Shown: positions 27,815 to 37,781, counted from the first letter of the stretch. The stretch: DNA of 63,084 nt from a bacterium (GCA_049472335.1 JBLIRO010000023.1:1-63084), one strand, 5' to 3'. The notes: a model not told the origin generated them from the sequence alone. Numbers and translations are program-made.

Positions 27815-28830
27815 TCCTTTTCCGTAGAAGGCAGAGTTTGTCGCAGCTCTTCAAGCTTATCCATAGCCGCGCCGGAATCTATACTCTCTCTTGCCTTTTC
27901 TATTCCTTCGGTGAGGTCCTTTGCCAGGTCCGCGACATAAATGGCTGCACCGGCATTTAGAAGGCAGATATCCCTTTTGGGACCTTTTTTCCCTGAAAGG
28001 ATGACCTCACATATCCCGGCATTTACAGCCGCTTCCGCTCCTTTTAAGTCTTCAGCCTTTGCCGGGGAAATGTCGAAGTCTGTTGGATTTATAGTATATG
28101 TTGTAATTTTGCCGTCCTTTAATTCAGTGATGCGGGTTGGCCCTGTGGTGGATATTTCATCAAGTCCGTCCATACCATGTACAACCATAACATGAAGACT
28201 GCCAAGATTATTGAGCACCCTTGCCATTGTTTCTGTCAGATCTTGGGAATATACACCTATGAGCTGTGCCCTGGCATTGGCAGGATTGGTCATAGGGCCT
28301 AATATATTGAATACAGTTCGTATTCCTATCTCTCTTCTGGGCCCTATGGCATATTTCATTGAAGCGTGAAGGAGTGGCGCGAATAGGAATCCAATACCAA
28401 CCTCGTTCAGACATTTTTCCACTTTTTCTACATCTGCGGTTATATTGATTCCAAGGGCCTGAAGACAATCCGCGCTACCACAACTGCTTGATACGGAACG
28501 GTTACCATGCTTAGCTACCATGGCGCCAGCACCGGCTGCAATGAAAGCCGAAATAGTGGAGATATTGAATGTATGGGCCCCATCTCCTCCAGTGCCACAT
28601 GTGTCGATTACCGGACCTTTTGCCTTCAAATGAGTCGCTTTCTCCCGCATGATCTTTGTGAAACCGGTTATCTCATCCACAGTCTCACCCTTTAACCGAA
28701 GCGCGGTAATAAACGAAGCGATTTGGGCGTCTGTGGCATTGCCGCTCATGATCTCTTCCATTGTCAGGGCTGCCTCTTCTTGTGAAAGGTCTTGTTTCTC
28801 TATAATTTTTGTAATAGCCTCCTTGATCAT
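27811..28830 (-). CDS. trpD: Anthranilate phosphoribosyltransferase
   Basis: DTCGTGGDG, FNIST, AKHGNRSVSS, RTVFNILGP, GLDEIS. Confidence 0.98.
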   Translation of the reverse strand: MIKEAITKIIEKQDLSQEEAALTMEEIMSGNATDAQIASFITALRLKGETVDEITGFTKIMREKATHLKAKGPVIDTCGTGGDGAHTFNISTISAFIAAGAGAMVAKHGNRSVSSSCGSADCLQALGINITADVEKVEKCLNEVGIGFLFAPLLHASMKYAIGPRREIGIRTVFNILGPMTNPANARAQLIGVYSQDLTETMARVLNNLGSLHVMVVHGMDGLDEISTTGPTRITELKDGKITTYTINPTDFDISPAKAEDLKGAEAAVNAGICEVILSGKKGPKRDICLLNAGAAIYVADLAKDLTEGIEKARESIDSGAAMDKLEELRQTLPSTEKD

Positions 28831-28937
28831 TTCTTATTCTCCTTTTATGAGCAGTTATTACATGGTCCGGAAAAACCAGAGAAAAGAGATTTTAACGATT
28901 GCCTTAAACTGACAATAAAAATTCCAGCTAAATTGTT

Positions 28938-29495
28938 TTAAATAAAGTTTTTAAGAAGCTCTTTTCCGCACTGGGTGAGAATAGACTCAGGGTGAAACTG
29001 GACTCCTTCAACAGGGAAATCCTTGTGCCGGATTCCCATAATCTCTTCCTGATCAGTGTGTGAAGTCACTTCAAGCACATTGGGGACGGATTGTGGTTCA
29101 ACAATCAGAGAGTGATAACGGGTCGCTTCAAACGGATTGGGCAGGTCCCTGTAAACCCCTTTACCGTCATGATAGATAAGAGAGGTTTTACCATGCATTA
29201 GACGTTTTGCCCTCACTACTTTTGCACCGAAGGTATGAGCTATACACTGGTGTCCCAGGCAGACCCCTAAAATAGGTATCTTTGATCCAAATACCTTGAT
29301 AACCTCATTAGATATTCCGGCCTCCAGAGGTGTACAGGGACCGGGTGAAATGATTATCCTGTCCAGATTTAATCCTTTTATCTCCTCGATGGAAGTCCGG
29401 TCATTTCGAAAGACCCGAACCTCCTGGCCCAACTCTCCCAGATATTGAACGAGGTTGTAGGTAAAGGAATCATAATTGTCTATCATCAAAATCAT
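28938..29495 (-). CDS. trpG: Anthranilate synthase component II (glutamine amidotransferase)
   Basis: [33 protein letters not shown]. Confidence 0.96.
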   Translation of the reverse strand: MILMIDNYDSFTYNLVQYLGELGQEVRVFRNDRTSIEEIKGLNLDRIIISPGPCTPLEAGISNEVIKVFGSKIPILGVCLGHQCIAHTFGAKVVRAKRLMHGKTSLIYHDGKGVYRDLPNPFEATRYHSLIVEPQSVPNVLEVTSHTDQEEIMGIRHKDFPVEGVQFHPESILTQCGKELLKNFI

Positions 29496-29539
29496 TGTAC
29501 TAAATTTATCCTATATTAATTTGATCCAATTTATGGATT

Positions 29540-31111
29540 TTAACTGTTTTGTGGGCATTCCGGCATTTTCCCTCCTTCTGCCAGGCGGATTGCATCCATT
29601 GCCGCTTTTGCTTTGTTCACCGTCTCTTGATATTCTTTTTCAGGATCAGAGTCAGCCACAATTCCCGCACCCGCTTGTATATAAGCATGGCCGTCTTTTA
29701 CAACCATTGTCCTTATTGTTATACATGTATCCATATTCCCTGAAAAGCTAAAATAGCCTACTGCGCCCGCATAGGGCCCTCTTATGACAGGCTCCATCTC
29801 TTCTATGATTTCCATGGCCCTTATTTTTGGAGCGCCTGTTACTGTCCCCGCGGGAAAGCAGGCTATCAGGCAGTCATAGGGATCTCTGCCTTCGCTGATT
29901 TTACCCGTTACCTGTGAGACAATGTGCATGACATGGGAATAGCGTTCTATGGTCATAAGCTCCGGACATTTAACAGATCCATATTCACACACCCTTCCCA
30001 TATCATTCCTGGCAAGGTCTACAAGCATGATATGCTCGGCACGCTCTTTTGGATCGGCAAGCAGTTCTTCCGCCAGTAACTCATCTTCCTCTTCAGTTGA
30101 ACCTCTTTTTCTGGTTCCGGCTATGGGCCTTTCCTCAACATGGCTATCTTCCATTCTAACCATAAGCTCAGGTGATGACCCTATGATTTTAAGCCCATGA
30201 TGTTTAAGATAAAACATATAAGGAGAAGGATTTATGAGGCGCAGAGCCCTGTAAATATCGAAAGGATCACAGCAAACAGGTGTGGAAAACCTCTGAGAAA
30301 GAACAACCTGGATGATATCGCCTGCAGAAATATATTCTTTGGCTCGTCTTACGGCAGCCTTAAATGCTTCGGGCTCAAAATTCGACTGAAACGGGAGTGA
30401 TCCGGAAACAGGTTCCTCTAAAGAGGAAATAGATGGAAGCGGCCTTTTCAGATTTTCGATGACCCCTTCAATTCTGGTTACTGCATTTTCATATGCCCGG
30501 TACAATGATTTCTTTTGCTCATTTCCCTTACTTTCTTCATCTTCCAGATATGCATGTGAGAGTACCTTTATACGGTTCGTCATATGGTCAAATATGAGCA
30601 GGGTGTCTGTGATAAAAAACAGACACTCGGGAAGATTCAAGACATCGGTGGCTATTTCAGGAAGCCTTTCGGCATATCTTACCATATCGTAGCTTATATA
30701 TCCTACGGCCCCGCCTATGAATCGGGGAAGCCCCTCGACAGCCACCGGTCGATATTTGGCCATAAGGTCTCTGAGAGAAAAGAGCGGATTCTCTCCCCTG
30801 GTTTTTGATTTCCTGCAGGAATTGGAGGAATTAGGTTGCGCCGTGTTACCCAGAGAATTATTACTATCTTTTATAATTACCCCATCTCTATCTGCTTGAA
30901 ATATCCGGACAGGATTAGAGCCAAGGAATGAGTAACGGGCTATTTTCTCTCCCCCCACGACACTCTCCAGCAGAAAGGAAGAGGAATAGCGGTCGATCTT
31001 TTTGAAAGCGGAAACCGGCGTTTCAGTATCCGCACAAAGATCTCTGTAAATTGGGATCAGATTTCCCCGGCGGGCATATAGAAGAAATTTGTCCGGATCC
31101 GGATGATACAT
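29540..31111 (-). CDS. trpE: Anthranilate synthase component I
   Basis: FLLES, RYSFLG, GDIIQVVLSQRF, NPSPY, RPIAGT, EHIMLVDLARND, GAPKIRAM. Confidence 0.97.
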   Translation of the reverse strand: MYHPDPDKFLLYARRGNLIPIYRDLCADTETPVSAFKKIDRYSSSFLLESVVGGEKIARYSFLGSNPVRIFQADRDGVIIKDSNNSLGNTAQPNSSNSCRKSKTRGENPLFSLRDLMAKYRPVAVEGLPRFIGGAVGYISYDMVRYAERLPEIATDVLNLPECLFFITDTLLIFDHMTNRIKVLSHAYLEDEESKGNEQKKSLYRAYENAVTRIEGVIENLKRPLPSISSLEEPVSGSLPFQSNFEPEAFKAAVRRAKEYISAGDIIQVVLSQRFSTPVCCDPFDIYRALRLINPSPYMFYLKHHGLKIIGSSPELMVRMEDSHVEERPIAGTRKRGSTEEEDELLAEELLADPKERAEHIMLVDLARNDMGRVCEYGSVKCPELMTIERYSHVMHIVSQVTGKISEGRDPYDCLIACFPAGTVTGAPKIRAMEIIEEMEPVIRGPYAGAVGYFSFSGNMDTCITIRTMVVKDGHAYIQAGAGIVADSDPEKEYQETVNKAKAAMDAIRLAEGGKMPECPQNS

Positions 31112-31188
31112 TTACAACCCCTTAAGATAAAGATTATAAGGTGTCACGATATCAAAATAAATCAGTCAAAAAAGAATAGAATAATAAC

Positions 31189-31217
31189 ATTATAGTTGCA
31201 ACTATATAGAAAAACAA
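31189..31217 (-). promoter_or_regulatory. sigma70-type promoter of trpE overlapped by a perfect 16-bp palindrome
   Basis: Minus strand TTGTTT-N17-TATAAT; TATAGTTGCAACTATA at 31191-31206. Confidence 0.55.
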
Positions 31218-31279
31218 GAAATAAGGATAGAATAAAAAAGCAATTTTCATTTTAGAAATCTATTGAGCCTTAATCTCGG

Positions 31280-31798
31280 TTAAATAACAGGTTCGACATC
31301 AATGGTGTCCAGTTCGACACACAGAGATCTCATCAGCAGATCTACAGAAACAACCAGTTTGTTTTTTCTGGTATCGGTCTTCATAAGTATCCCTTCCACA
31401 CCAGTGAGTGGCCCATTCATGATCCTGACTCTCTGGCCAATTTGAAGGTATGGTACGGGCGTTAACAGCACATCATTCTCAAGCAGTATCCGAATCGAGT
31501 CGATCTGTTGATCAGGGATGGGGATAGGCTCTTTCTGGCTCCCTACAATACGCGCTACTCCGGGAGTTTTCAGGACTTCAAGCCATATATGTTTTTCAAG
31601 CTCCACATGAACAAACAGATATCCCCTAAACAAAGGTATCCTTATCCTTTTTTTTCGGTCTTTTCTTCTGCTCCAGACCTCTATTTTGGGGAGGAATACC
31701 TGGATCTTTTTGGCCGAAAGCCGGGTATTCACCATATCCTCATGCCTACTGCTTGTGTGGACAGCATACCAGTTGATGTGCTCGGAAAGTTTGTCCAT
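31280..31798 (-). CDS. NusG paralog, UpxY/LoaP/RfaH-type transcription antiterminator
   Basis: WYAVHT, WSRRKDRKKRIRIPLFRGYLFV, PGVARIVG, KOW GQRVRIMNGPLTGVEG. Confidence 0.93.
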   Translation of the reverse strand: MDKLSEHINWYAVHTSSRHEDMVNTRLSAKKIQVFLPKIEVWSRRKDRKKRIRIPLFRGYLFVHVELEKHIWLEVLKTPGVARIVGSQKEPIPIPDQQIDSIRILLENDVLLTPVPYLQIGQRVRIMNGPLTGVEGILMKTDTRKNKLVVSVDLLMRSLCVELDTIDVEPVI

Positions 31799-31900
31799 AT
31801 AAATCCCTCTTGCAATAAATACCCTGTAAATAGCTTATAGCTAAATGTAACATTATATTACTAAATAAGCGATATTTCAAAAAATGTCCAAAGTTATTGA

Positions 31901-31947
31901 AAAGTGCCAAAAGTGTCAAGTGCCTAAAGTGTTAAGTGCTTAAAGTT
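31901..31947. repeat. 16-bp-period AAGTGCC(T/A)AAAGTGT(C/T) tandem repeat
   Basis: AAGTGCCAAAAGTGTC AAGTGCCTAAAGTGTT AAGTGCTTAAAGTT abutting the xseB stop. Confidence 0.8.
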
Positions 31948-31948
31948 A

Positions 31949-32188
31949 TTATTCAATATCCGCGGGTATTATTTGGTTTTCCCCCTTTTCGTCTTTGGTT
32001 AACATCTCGATTTTCTTTTCCGCCAGTTCCAGTTTTTTGCTGCAAAAGCGGGACAGTTTTATCCCCTCTTCAAATAATTCCAGCGAATCCTCGAGTCCCA
32101 AATCCCCTGATTCAAGTTTATTAACAATTTCTTCTAGCTGTTTAAGTGCCTTTTCAAAACTCACCTTATCTTTTGAGCTTTTTTGCAC
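31949..32188 (-). CDS. xseB: Exodeoxyribonuclease VII small subunit
   Basis: SFEKALKQLEEIVNKLESGDLGLEDSLELFEEG. Confidence 0.97.
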   Translation of the reverse strand: MQKSSKDKVSFEKALKQLEEIVNKLESGDLGLEDSLELFEEGIKLSRFCSKKLELAEKKIEMLTKDEKGENQIIPADIE

Positions 32189-32211
32189 GGTTTCCCCCTT
32201 TTTAGATGCTT

Positions 32212-33546
32212 TTAATGAACATCTTTCACCTCACTTATCACATCTCCTTTATGGAACCTGGTTCTTATATGATCACCAGGCCTGAGATCCTCTGATTTCC
32301 GGATGATTTTTTCATCAGGAATCCTCATGCAGAGGGAATATCCCCGCTGCAATACATTTAAAGGGCTCAATGCATCAAGTGCCCCCATAGCGCCTGAAAG
32401 TGCCTGCTTGTGTTTTTGTGTCAGTAATATCATGAAATTTATAAGCCTCTTTTTTTGTTCAGTTATCTGAGAAAAAAGGTCTTTTACCTTCTGTGATGGA
32501 TGGAGCCTGTTTAGCAATCGGTCAGTATGAAACAGTTTTTCCCTGGATCTTTCCAGAAGGATAGAGATGACACGGAATAGCCTTATATCCTCTTCATCAA
32601 CGGATTCCTGGAGGCTTCGAACAATTGAGAAGGGATCACGGAAGATTCGTCCCTCTGTAAGATGGAGGACACGTGTCTTGTACATTTCCATCCTATGAGA
32701 AATTGTCTGCTCCAATCTCATTTGCTGGTTTGCAAGGAATTCTTCAAGGTGTTTTCTGTTTTGGATAACCAGCTCAGCGGCAGCAGAAGGGGTGGGTGCT
32801 CTAAGGTCTGCCACGAAATCACTGATTGTGTAGTCTATTTCATGTCCGACCGCTGATATTACAGGCACACGGCAGTTATAGATCGCCCTTGCCACAATCT
32901 CCTCATTGAACGCCCAGAGATCCTCAAGAGAGCCGCCTCCGCGGGTAACAATGATCACTTCCACACCGGGCTGATCCTGCAATTCTCTTACTGCCTTTGC
33001 TATTTCCTCCGCCGCCCCCTCCCCCTGGACCCTTACCGGACTTATTAACACCCGCATGGTGACGAATCTGCGTGTAAGGATGTTCAGTATATCTCTTATT
33101 GCGGCTCCGGTTGGAGATGTCACAATACCGATCCTCTCAGGCCAGAGCGGAATGGATCTTTTTCTGGATTCATCGAAAAGGCCCTCCTTCGCAAGGCGAT
33201 TTTTGAGTTGTTCGAAGGCCTTTTGAAGTGCTCCGGACCCAAGTGGCTCCATGTAATCACAAATGAGCTGATATTCCCCTCTGCGTTCATAGACAGTGAT
33301 CTTGCCGCGTACGAGGATTTTCATGCCGTCCTCAGGCTGAAATCTTAAGAACCTCTGGCTGCCCTTAAACAGGACAGACCGCAACTGCGCTTCCTTATCC
33401 TTGAGTATAAAGTAGGTATGACCGGAAGAAGGGATCCTGAGGTCACTCACTTCACCCTCGACCCATATCTCAAAAAATTCCTCTTCAAGACGGTTGCGGA
33501 TAAGGGTTGTAATCTGGCTTACAGAAAATGGCCTGACATTTATCAA
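32212..33546 (-). CDS. xseA: Exodeoxyribonuclease VII large subunit
   Basis: WVEGEVS, SGHTYF.LKD, IGIVTSPTGAAIRD, RGGGSLEDLWAFN, ADLRAPTPSAAAE. Confidence 0.98.
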   Translation of the reverse strand: MINVRPFSVSQITTLIRNRLEEEFFEIWVEGEVSDLRIPSSGHTYFILKDKEAQLRSVLFKGSQRFLRFQPEDGMKILVRGKITVYERRGEYQLICDYMEPLGSGALQKAFEQLKNRLAKEGLFDESRKRSIPLWPERIGIVTSPTGAAIRDILNILTRRFVTMRVLISPVRVQGEGAAEEIAKAVRELQDQPGVEVIIVTRGGGSLEDLWAFNEEIVARAIYNCRVPVISAVGHEIDYTISDFVADLRAPTPSAAAELVIQNRKHLEEFLANQQMRLEQTISHRMEMYKTRVLHLTEGRIFRDPFSIVRSLQESVDEEDIRLFRVISILLERSREKLFHTDRLLNRLHPSQKVKDLFSQITEQKKRLINFMILLTQKHKQALSGAMGALDALSPLNVLQRGYSLCMRIPDEKIIRKSEDLRPGDHIRTRFHKGDVISEVKDVH

Positions 33547-33661
33547 AGTAAAAACATCCCTGTATCTTCTAGAGAAAAATCAAAGAATTCCTTAGAATTA
33601 TAAGTAATTATGACAAAACTATTCTATTCTATATCATTTTTAGAATCAATCCTTATTCATA

Positions 33662-33690
33662 TTGACAAAGATCCTTTTGCTTGCTATTGT
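33662..33690 (+). promoter_or_regulatory. sigma70-type promoter upstream of the MOSC gene
   Basis: TTGACA-N17-TATTGT with extended -10 TG. Confidence 0.5.
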
Positions 33691-33852
33691 TTGTGGATTG
33701 GAGTCTCGTGTATACTATAGATGTTCCTTTTGGGTAATCTTTTTGTTTTCAGGAAGTTTATATTGTCTCCGAAGAGACAGGTTTAATTATTATCCGTTTA
33801 AAAGGAAATAACGGATAATAACAATCGGGTTATAAGTGAAAAAGGAGCAATT

Positions 33853-34314
33853 ATGACCGGGGACCGGCAAAGAGGGTCTGTGGCCGGGGTAGCTATCAGT
33901 AAGGAACGCGGAACAAGCAAAAAACAAGTGGCCCATATAGATCTGAGAAAAGGATGCGGGGTTCTGGGCGACGGGCATGCATATACGGAAAAACAGGTAA
34001 GCCTTGTCGCTGTAGAGGAAATCGATCATATGAATATATCTTATGATATCCAGGCTCATATAGGAGACTTTGCAGAGAATATAGCAACCCGGGGTATAGA
34101 CCTCATGACCTTTTCACCGGGGGATCGGATCCGGGTTGGCCCTTCTGTCCTTAAGGTAGTACGTTTGGGCAAGAGCCGGGAAGAAATGATAGGACATACC
34201 TTCTCCTTTAAGGGATATACCCTCTTGCCTGAGAAGGGCCTTTTTTGCGAAGTCATCAAAGGCGGAAGGATAAGGCCGGGAGATGAGATATGGTTTGATA
34301 ATAGAGGCAAATAA
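33853..34314 (+). CDS. MOSC domain protein
   Basis: VAISKERGTSK, GVLGDGHA, QVSL, GDFAENIAT.G, VIKGGRIRPGD. Confidence 0.9.
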   Translation: MTGDRQRGSVAGVAISKERGTSKKQVAHIDLRKGCGVLGDGHAYTEKQVSLVAVEEIDHMNISYDIQAHIGDFAENIATRGIDLMTFSPGDRIRVGPSVLKVVRLGKSREEMIGHTFSFKGYTLLPEKGLFCEVIKGGRIRPGDEIWFDNRGK

Positions 34315-34321
34315 GATATTC

Positions 34322-34482
34322 ATGACTCCTCAAAATCCCGGTGACATCTTGAGAAAAATTGTAAATTGCAAAATGCAAATTTTAAAATGCAAAATAATGT
34401 ATTCCTTAAATTTTCATTTTTCATTTTGCAATTTGCTATTTGCATTACCTCCACGAAAACCACACGGTTTTTGAGTAGGTAC
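34322..34482. repeat. Intergenic heptamer-arm element, copy 2
   Basis: Homologous to 26683-26835; ends ATGACTCCTCAAAA...TTTTTGAGTAGGTAC. Confidence 0.88.
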
Positions 34483-34535
34483 AGATATTCAACATGATTT
34501 TTTTGAATATAAATAATAATTTTGAGTATTAAGGT

Positions 34536-34802
34536 ATGGATCAAGATAAAAAAGATGTTATATCTCTTGCCGAAATGGAAGTAAACACGGAGGGTATTAT
34601 CCATAAACTGGAAAGCGGAGCCGCTTTTCAGTCCCGTCTTCAGGCCCTGAATATAAGGACAGGAAAGAGGATCAAAAAGATAAGCGCAAATCCATTTCGA
34701 GGTCCGATCGTTGTAGAGGTAGATAGCTCCAGGGTTGCCATAGGTTACGGTATGGCTCAAAAAGTAATGGTCGAAATAGCAACCCGGAAAAAACCCTCAT
34801 GA
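34536..34802 (+). CDS. feoA: Ferrous iron transport protein A
   Basis: RLQALNIRTG, PFRGPIVV, RVAIGYGMA. Confidence 0.93.
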   Translation: MDQDKKDVISLAEMEVNTEGIIHKLESGAAFQSRLQALNIRTGKRIKKISANPFRGPIVVEVDSSRVAIGYGMAQKVMVEIATRKKPS

Positions 34803-34836
34803 CCCCGGTGTCTTTTGTTTTGATGGGGGTTAAAGA

Positions 34837-36549
34837 GTGAAGATCTTGCTCATGGGAAATCCCAATGTGGGCAAGAGTGTCATATTTTCCCGCCTTACAG
34901 GCGCTCATGTCATCTCCTCCAATTATCCCGGAACAACTGTAGGTTTTACCAAAGGATATATCTGGCTTGACGGCCTGAGACATGAAATCATAGATGTACC
35001 AGGCACATACACACTAAGCCCCACCTCAAAAGCCGAGGAAGTGGCTGTGGAAATGCTGTCCGAAGGTGATATGGTAATAAATGTTGTAGATGCCACTAAC
35101 CTGGAACGTAGCCTTTACCTTGCCACTCAACTGCTCGAAAGAGGGGCGCCTTTTATTGTCGCTCTTAATATGTGGGATGAAACCAAACATCGTGGTATCA
35201 GCATCGATCTGGACAGATTGAGAGAATTACTGAAATGTCCTGTTATTCCCACCGTAGCTATCACAGGACAGGGTATAAAGGACCTTGTTGCAGCGATCAC
35301 GGATGCCGCCCGCAGGGATCTACAATCCAAACCTGTTGAGACAAAACTCCTGGATGACGAAAGGTGGACTCATATAGGTCATATCATCAAAGAGGTGCAA
35401 CATATAACTCATCGGCACCATACACCCATGGAGAGGTTTGGAGATATGACCATAAGGCCTCTTACAGGAATACCCTTTGCCGTATTTGTAATTAGTCTCT
35501 CATTCACCTTCATTAGATTTTTAGGTGAGGGATTGATCAACCACCTGTTGGATCCACTGTTTGAGCAATACTATATGCCCTTTATAGTAAAACTGGTAAA
35601 CCTCGCTTTCCCTTCAGGCTTCTTCCACCATATATTGATCGGAGAATCTGCAAACATTTCAGAATCCATGGGCCTTCTCACGACAGGGATATATGTCCCG
35701 GTCGTTTTGGTCCTTCCTTACATTCTCTCCTTTTATCTTGTGCTGAGTTTTATGGAGGATTTGGGGTATCTCCCGCGCCTGGCCATTCTTATGGATACCA
35801 TTATGCACCGGATCGGTCTCCATGGCTTTGCCGTTATCTCCATAATCCTCGGGCTTGGGTGTAATGTTCCGGGAGCCCTTTCCACCCGTATTCTGGAAAC
35901 ACGAAGGGAGAAATTCATTGCCGGGACATTGCTTGGGGTATCCGTGCCGTGTATGGCCCAAACAGCAATGATTATAGGCCTCGTAGGTCCATACGGGATT
36001 CGTTTCGTATTTCTTATCTATGGTATTATCTTTTCCTGGGGTATCCTGGTCGGGGTGCTGATGGATAGGTTTTTGAAAGGAGGCAGCCCTGAGATCTTCA
36101 TAGAGATCCCTGCCTATCATGTACCTCATCTGGGAACCCTTCTAAAAAAGCTCTGGATGCGAATCAATGGTTTCCTGAACGAGGCTATACCACTGGTCTT
36201 GCTGGGGGTCCTGATTATCAACATCCTCCATTTTACGGGGATCCTGGATTTTGCCGGCAGTATCACCGCCCCAATTTTGAAGCACGGGCTTGGGCTGCCC
36301 AGTGAGGTCGTATCTGCCATGATTATCGGTTTTTTGAGAAAAGATGTGGCCATAGGGCTATTAAAGCCCCTGCAGCTCAGTCTTAAGCAAATCATCATTG
36401 CCTGTACTGTCCTTACCATCTATTTCCCCTGCCTTGCGACCTTCTTTGTCCTTTTGAAGGAACTGGGATTGAAAGACATGATAAAGTCAGCACTTATAAT
36501 GATCACAAGCGCCTTATTGGTCGGTGTTATTTTAAATATTGTCTTGTAA
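34837..36549 (+). CDS. feoB: Ferrous iron transporter B
   Basis: GNPNVGKS, NYPGTTV, DVPG, VVDATNLER, EDLGYLPR, LGCNVP, YFPC. Confidence 0.96.
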   Translation: MKILLMGNPNVGKSVIFSRLTGAHVISSNYPGTTVGFTKGYIWLDGLRHEIIDVPGTYTLSPTSKAEEVAVEMLSEGDMVINVVDATNLERSLYLATQLLERGAPFIVALNMWDETKHRGISIDLDRLRELLKCPVIPTVAITGQGIKDLVAAITDAARRDLQSKPVETKLLDDERWTHIGHIIKEVQHITHRHHTPMERFGDMTIRPLTGIPFAVFVISLSFTFIRFLGEGLINHLLDPLFEQYYMPFIVKLVNLAFPSGFFHHILIGESANISESMGLLTTGIYVPVVLVLPYILSFYLVLSFMEDLGYLPRLAILMDTIMHRIGLHGFAVISIILGLGCNVPGALSTRILETRREKFIAGTLLGVSVPCMAQTAMIIGLVGPYGIRFVFLIYGIIFSWGILVGVLMDRFLKGGSPEIFIEIPAYHVPHLGTLLKKLWMRINGFLNEAIPLVLLGVLIINILHFTGILDFAGSITAPILKHGLGLPSEVVSAMIIGFLRKDVAIGLLKPLQLSLKQIIIACTVLTIYFPCLATFFVLLKELGLKDMIKSALIMITSALLVGVILNIVL

Positions 36550-36559
36550 AACCACTAAT

Positions 36560-36731
36560 GTAATAGTTCACCACGGAGGCACAGAGGCACTGAGAAATGA
36601 TTTTAGAAAAAAACCTGCAGAGAAGATAATTGGGGTAGTGATATAAGTTCATCGGCATTGAGGGAGGCAAGAGGCTTGTCTTTTGATTTTTTTCTGTGTC
36701 TCTGTGCCTCCGTGGTGAGTTGAACTGTTAC
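36560..36731. repeat. Palindromic element copy 2 with outer GTAATAGTTCA/TGAACTGTTAC and inner TCACCACGGAGGCACAGAG inverted repeats
   Basis: Perfect 19-bp inverted repeat 36568-36586/36700-36718; interior homologous to 555-692. Confidence 0.88.
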
Positions 36732-36742
36732 GAATTTCTGAG

Positions 36743-36771
36743 TTGACAATGGTTGCATTGTTTGTTATTGT
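36743..36771 (+). promoter_or_regulatory. sigma70-type promoter of the polysaccharide locus
   Basis: TTGACA-N17-TATTGT with TG extension; a second TTGACG-N17-TATAAT lies at 37736-37764 before wzc. Confidence 0.55.
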
Positions 36772-36815
36772 CATCCATAACTATATATAAAAATTGACCT
36801 ATTCATTAATATTAG

Positions 36816-37733
36816 TTGAGAGAAAAGACACTGATGAAAAAATACTTTTTTTTAAAATTCTCTTTTAACAAGCACTTTATCCGTTTTAGGCCTTCTCTCA
36901 TTGTCATAACGGCAATGATAGTTCTTCTATTTATTATTTTGAATCATTCCATATCCTCTGGGACGGAGAAGGACTATCAGATAGGCGCACAGGACAAATT
37001 AAAGATAGAGGTATGGGACCACCTGGATCTAACAAGGGAGGTGTCCGTTTCGCTAAGTGGTTTGTTTACTTTCCCGTTGATAGGTGAAATAAAGGCTTCG
37101 GGGCTTACTGCTGAGCAGGTTCAGAAGGAGATTGCCAGGAGGCTCGCAGACGGCTATTTGATAAAGCCCCAGGTCACGGTTACTATTACCGAGTATCGCA
37201 GCAAACAGGTTAACATCCTGGGAGAAGTAAGAAATCCCGGCGCTTATCCCTATACCCGCCAGACCTCACTGATAGAGATAATTTCCATGGCCGGGGGGCT
37301 CACCAAGGAGGCAGGCCCTGAGGCATATATCCTGCGCTCCAAAGAAGTCAATTTATCATTCCCGGATAAAGAAGGCCGTTCCCAATCTGTTGCTGATTCA
37401 GACAGCACAATGAAAAAGATCGACCTGAATGACCTCCTTAAAAGCGGTCATGAGGTCTATTTCCTGCTTCAGGAAAATGATACCATATATATACCCAGAG
37501 CGGATTTCTTCTATGTATTGGGAGAAGTCAACAAACCAGGACCGTACAAACTGGAAAAGGACACTACAGTTCTGAAGGCGGTTTCCACGGCAGGCGGCCA
37601 TACAAACAAGGCAAATCTCAACAAAATTACCATTGTTCGCATGATAGAAGGAGAAGAGAAGGAGCTTCCCGTCCGGCTGTCGGATCCTGTTTTGGCCGAT
37701 GATATAATCAAAGTCCCTGAACGGTTTTTTTGA
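36816..37733 (+). CDS. Polysaccharide export protein (Wza/Poly_export + SLBB domains)
   Basis: YQIGAQDKLKIEVW, FPLIGEI.ASGLT, V.ILGEVRNPG.Y, AGG; start possibly 36834. Confidence 0.92.
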   Translation: MREKTLMKKYFFLKFSFNKHFIRFRPSLIVITAMIVLLFIILNHSISSGTEKDYQIGAQDKLKIEVWDHLDLTREVSVSLSGLFTFPLIGEIKASGLTAEQVQKEIARRLADGYLIKPQVTVTITEYRSKQVNILGEVRNPGAYPYTRQTSLIEIISMAGGLTKEAGPEAYILRSKEVNLSFPDKEGRSQSVADSDSTMKKIDLNDLLKSGHEVYFLLQENDTIYIPRADFFYVLGEVNKPGPYKLEKDTTVLKAVSTAGGHTNKANLNKITIVRMIEGEEKELPVRLSDPVLADDIIKVPERFF

Positions 37734-37781
37734 TCTTGACGATTTCCTGTTATATCAATATAATACCAAGAGGCATTTCCA

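Noticed and set aside
34500..34535. Fur box upstream of feoA
   Set aside because: Only generic AT richness; poor match to GATAATGATAATCATTATC
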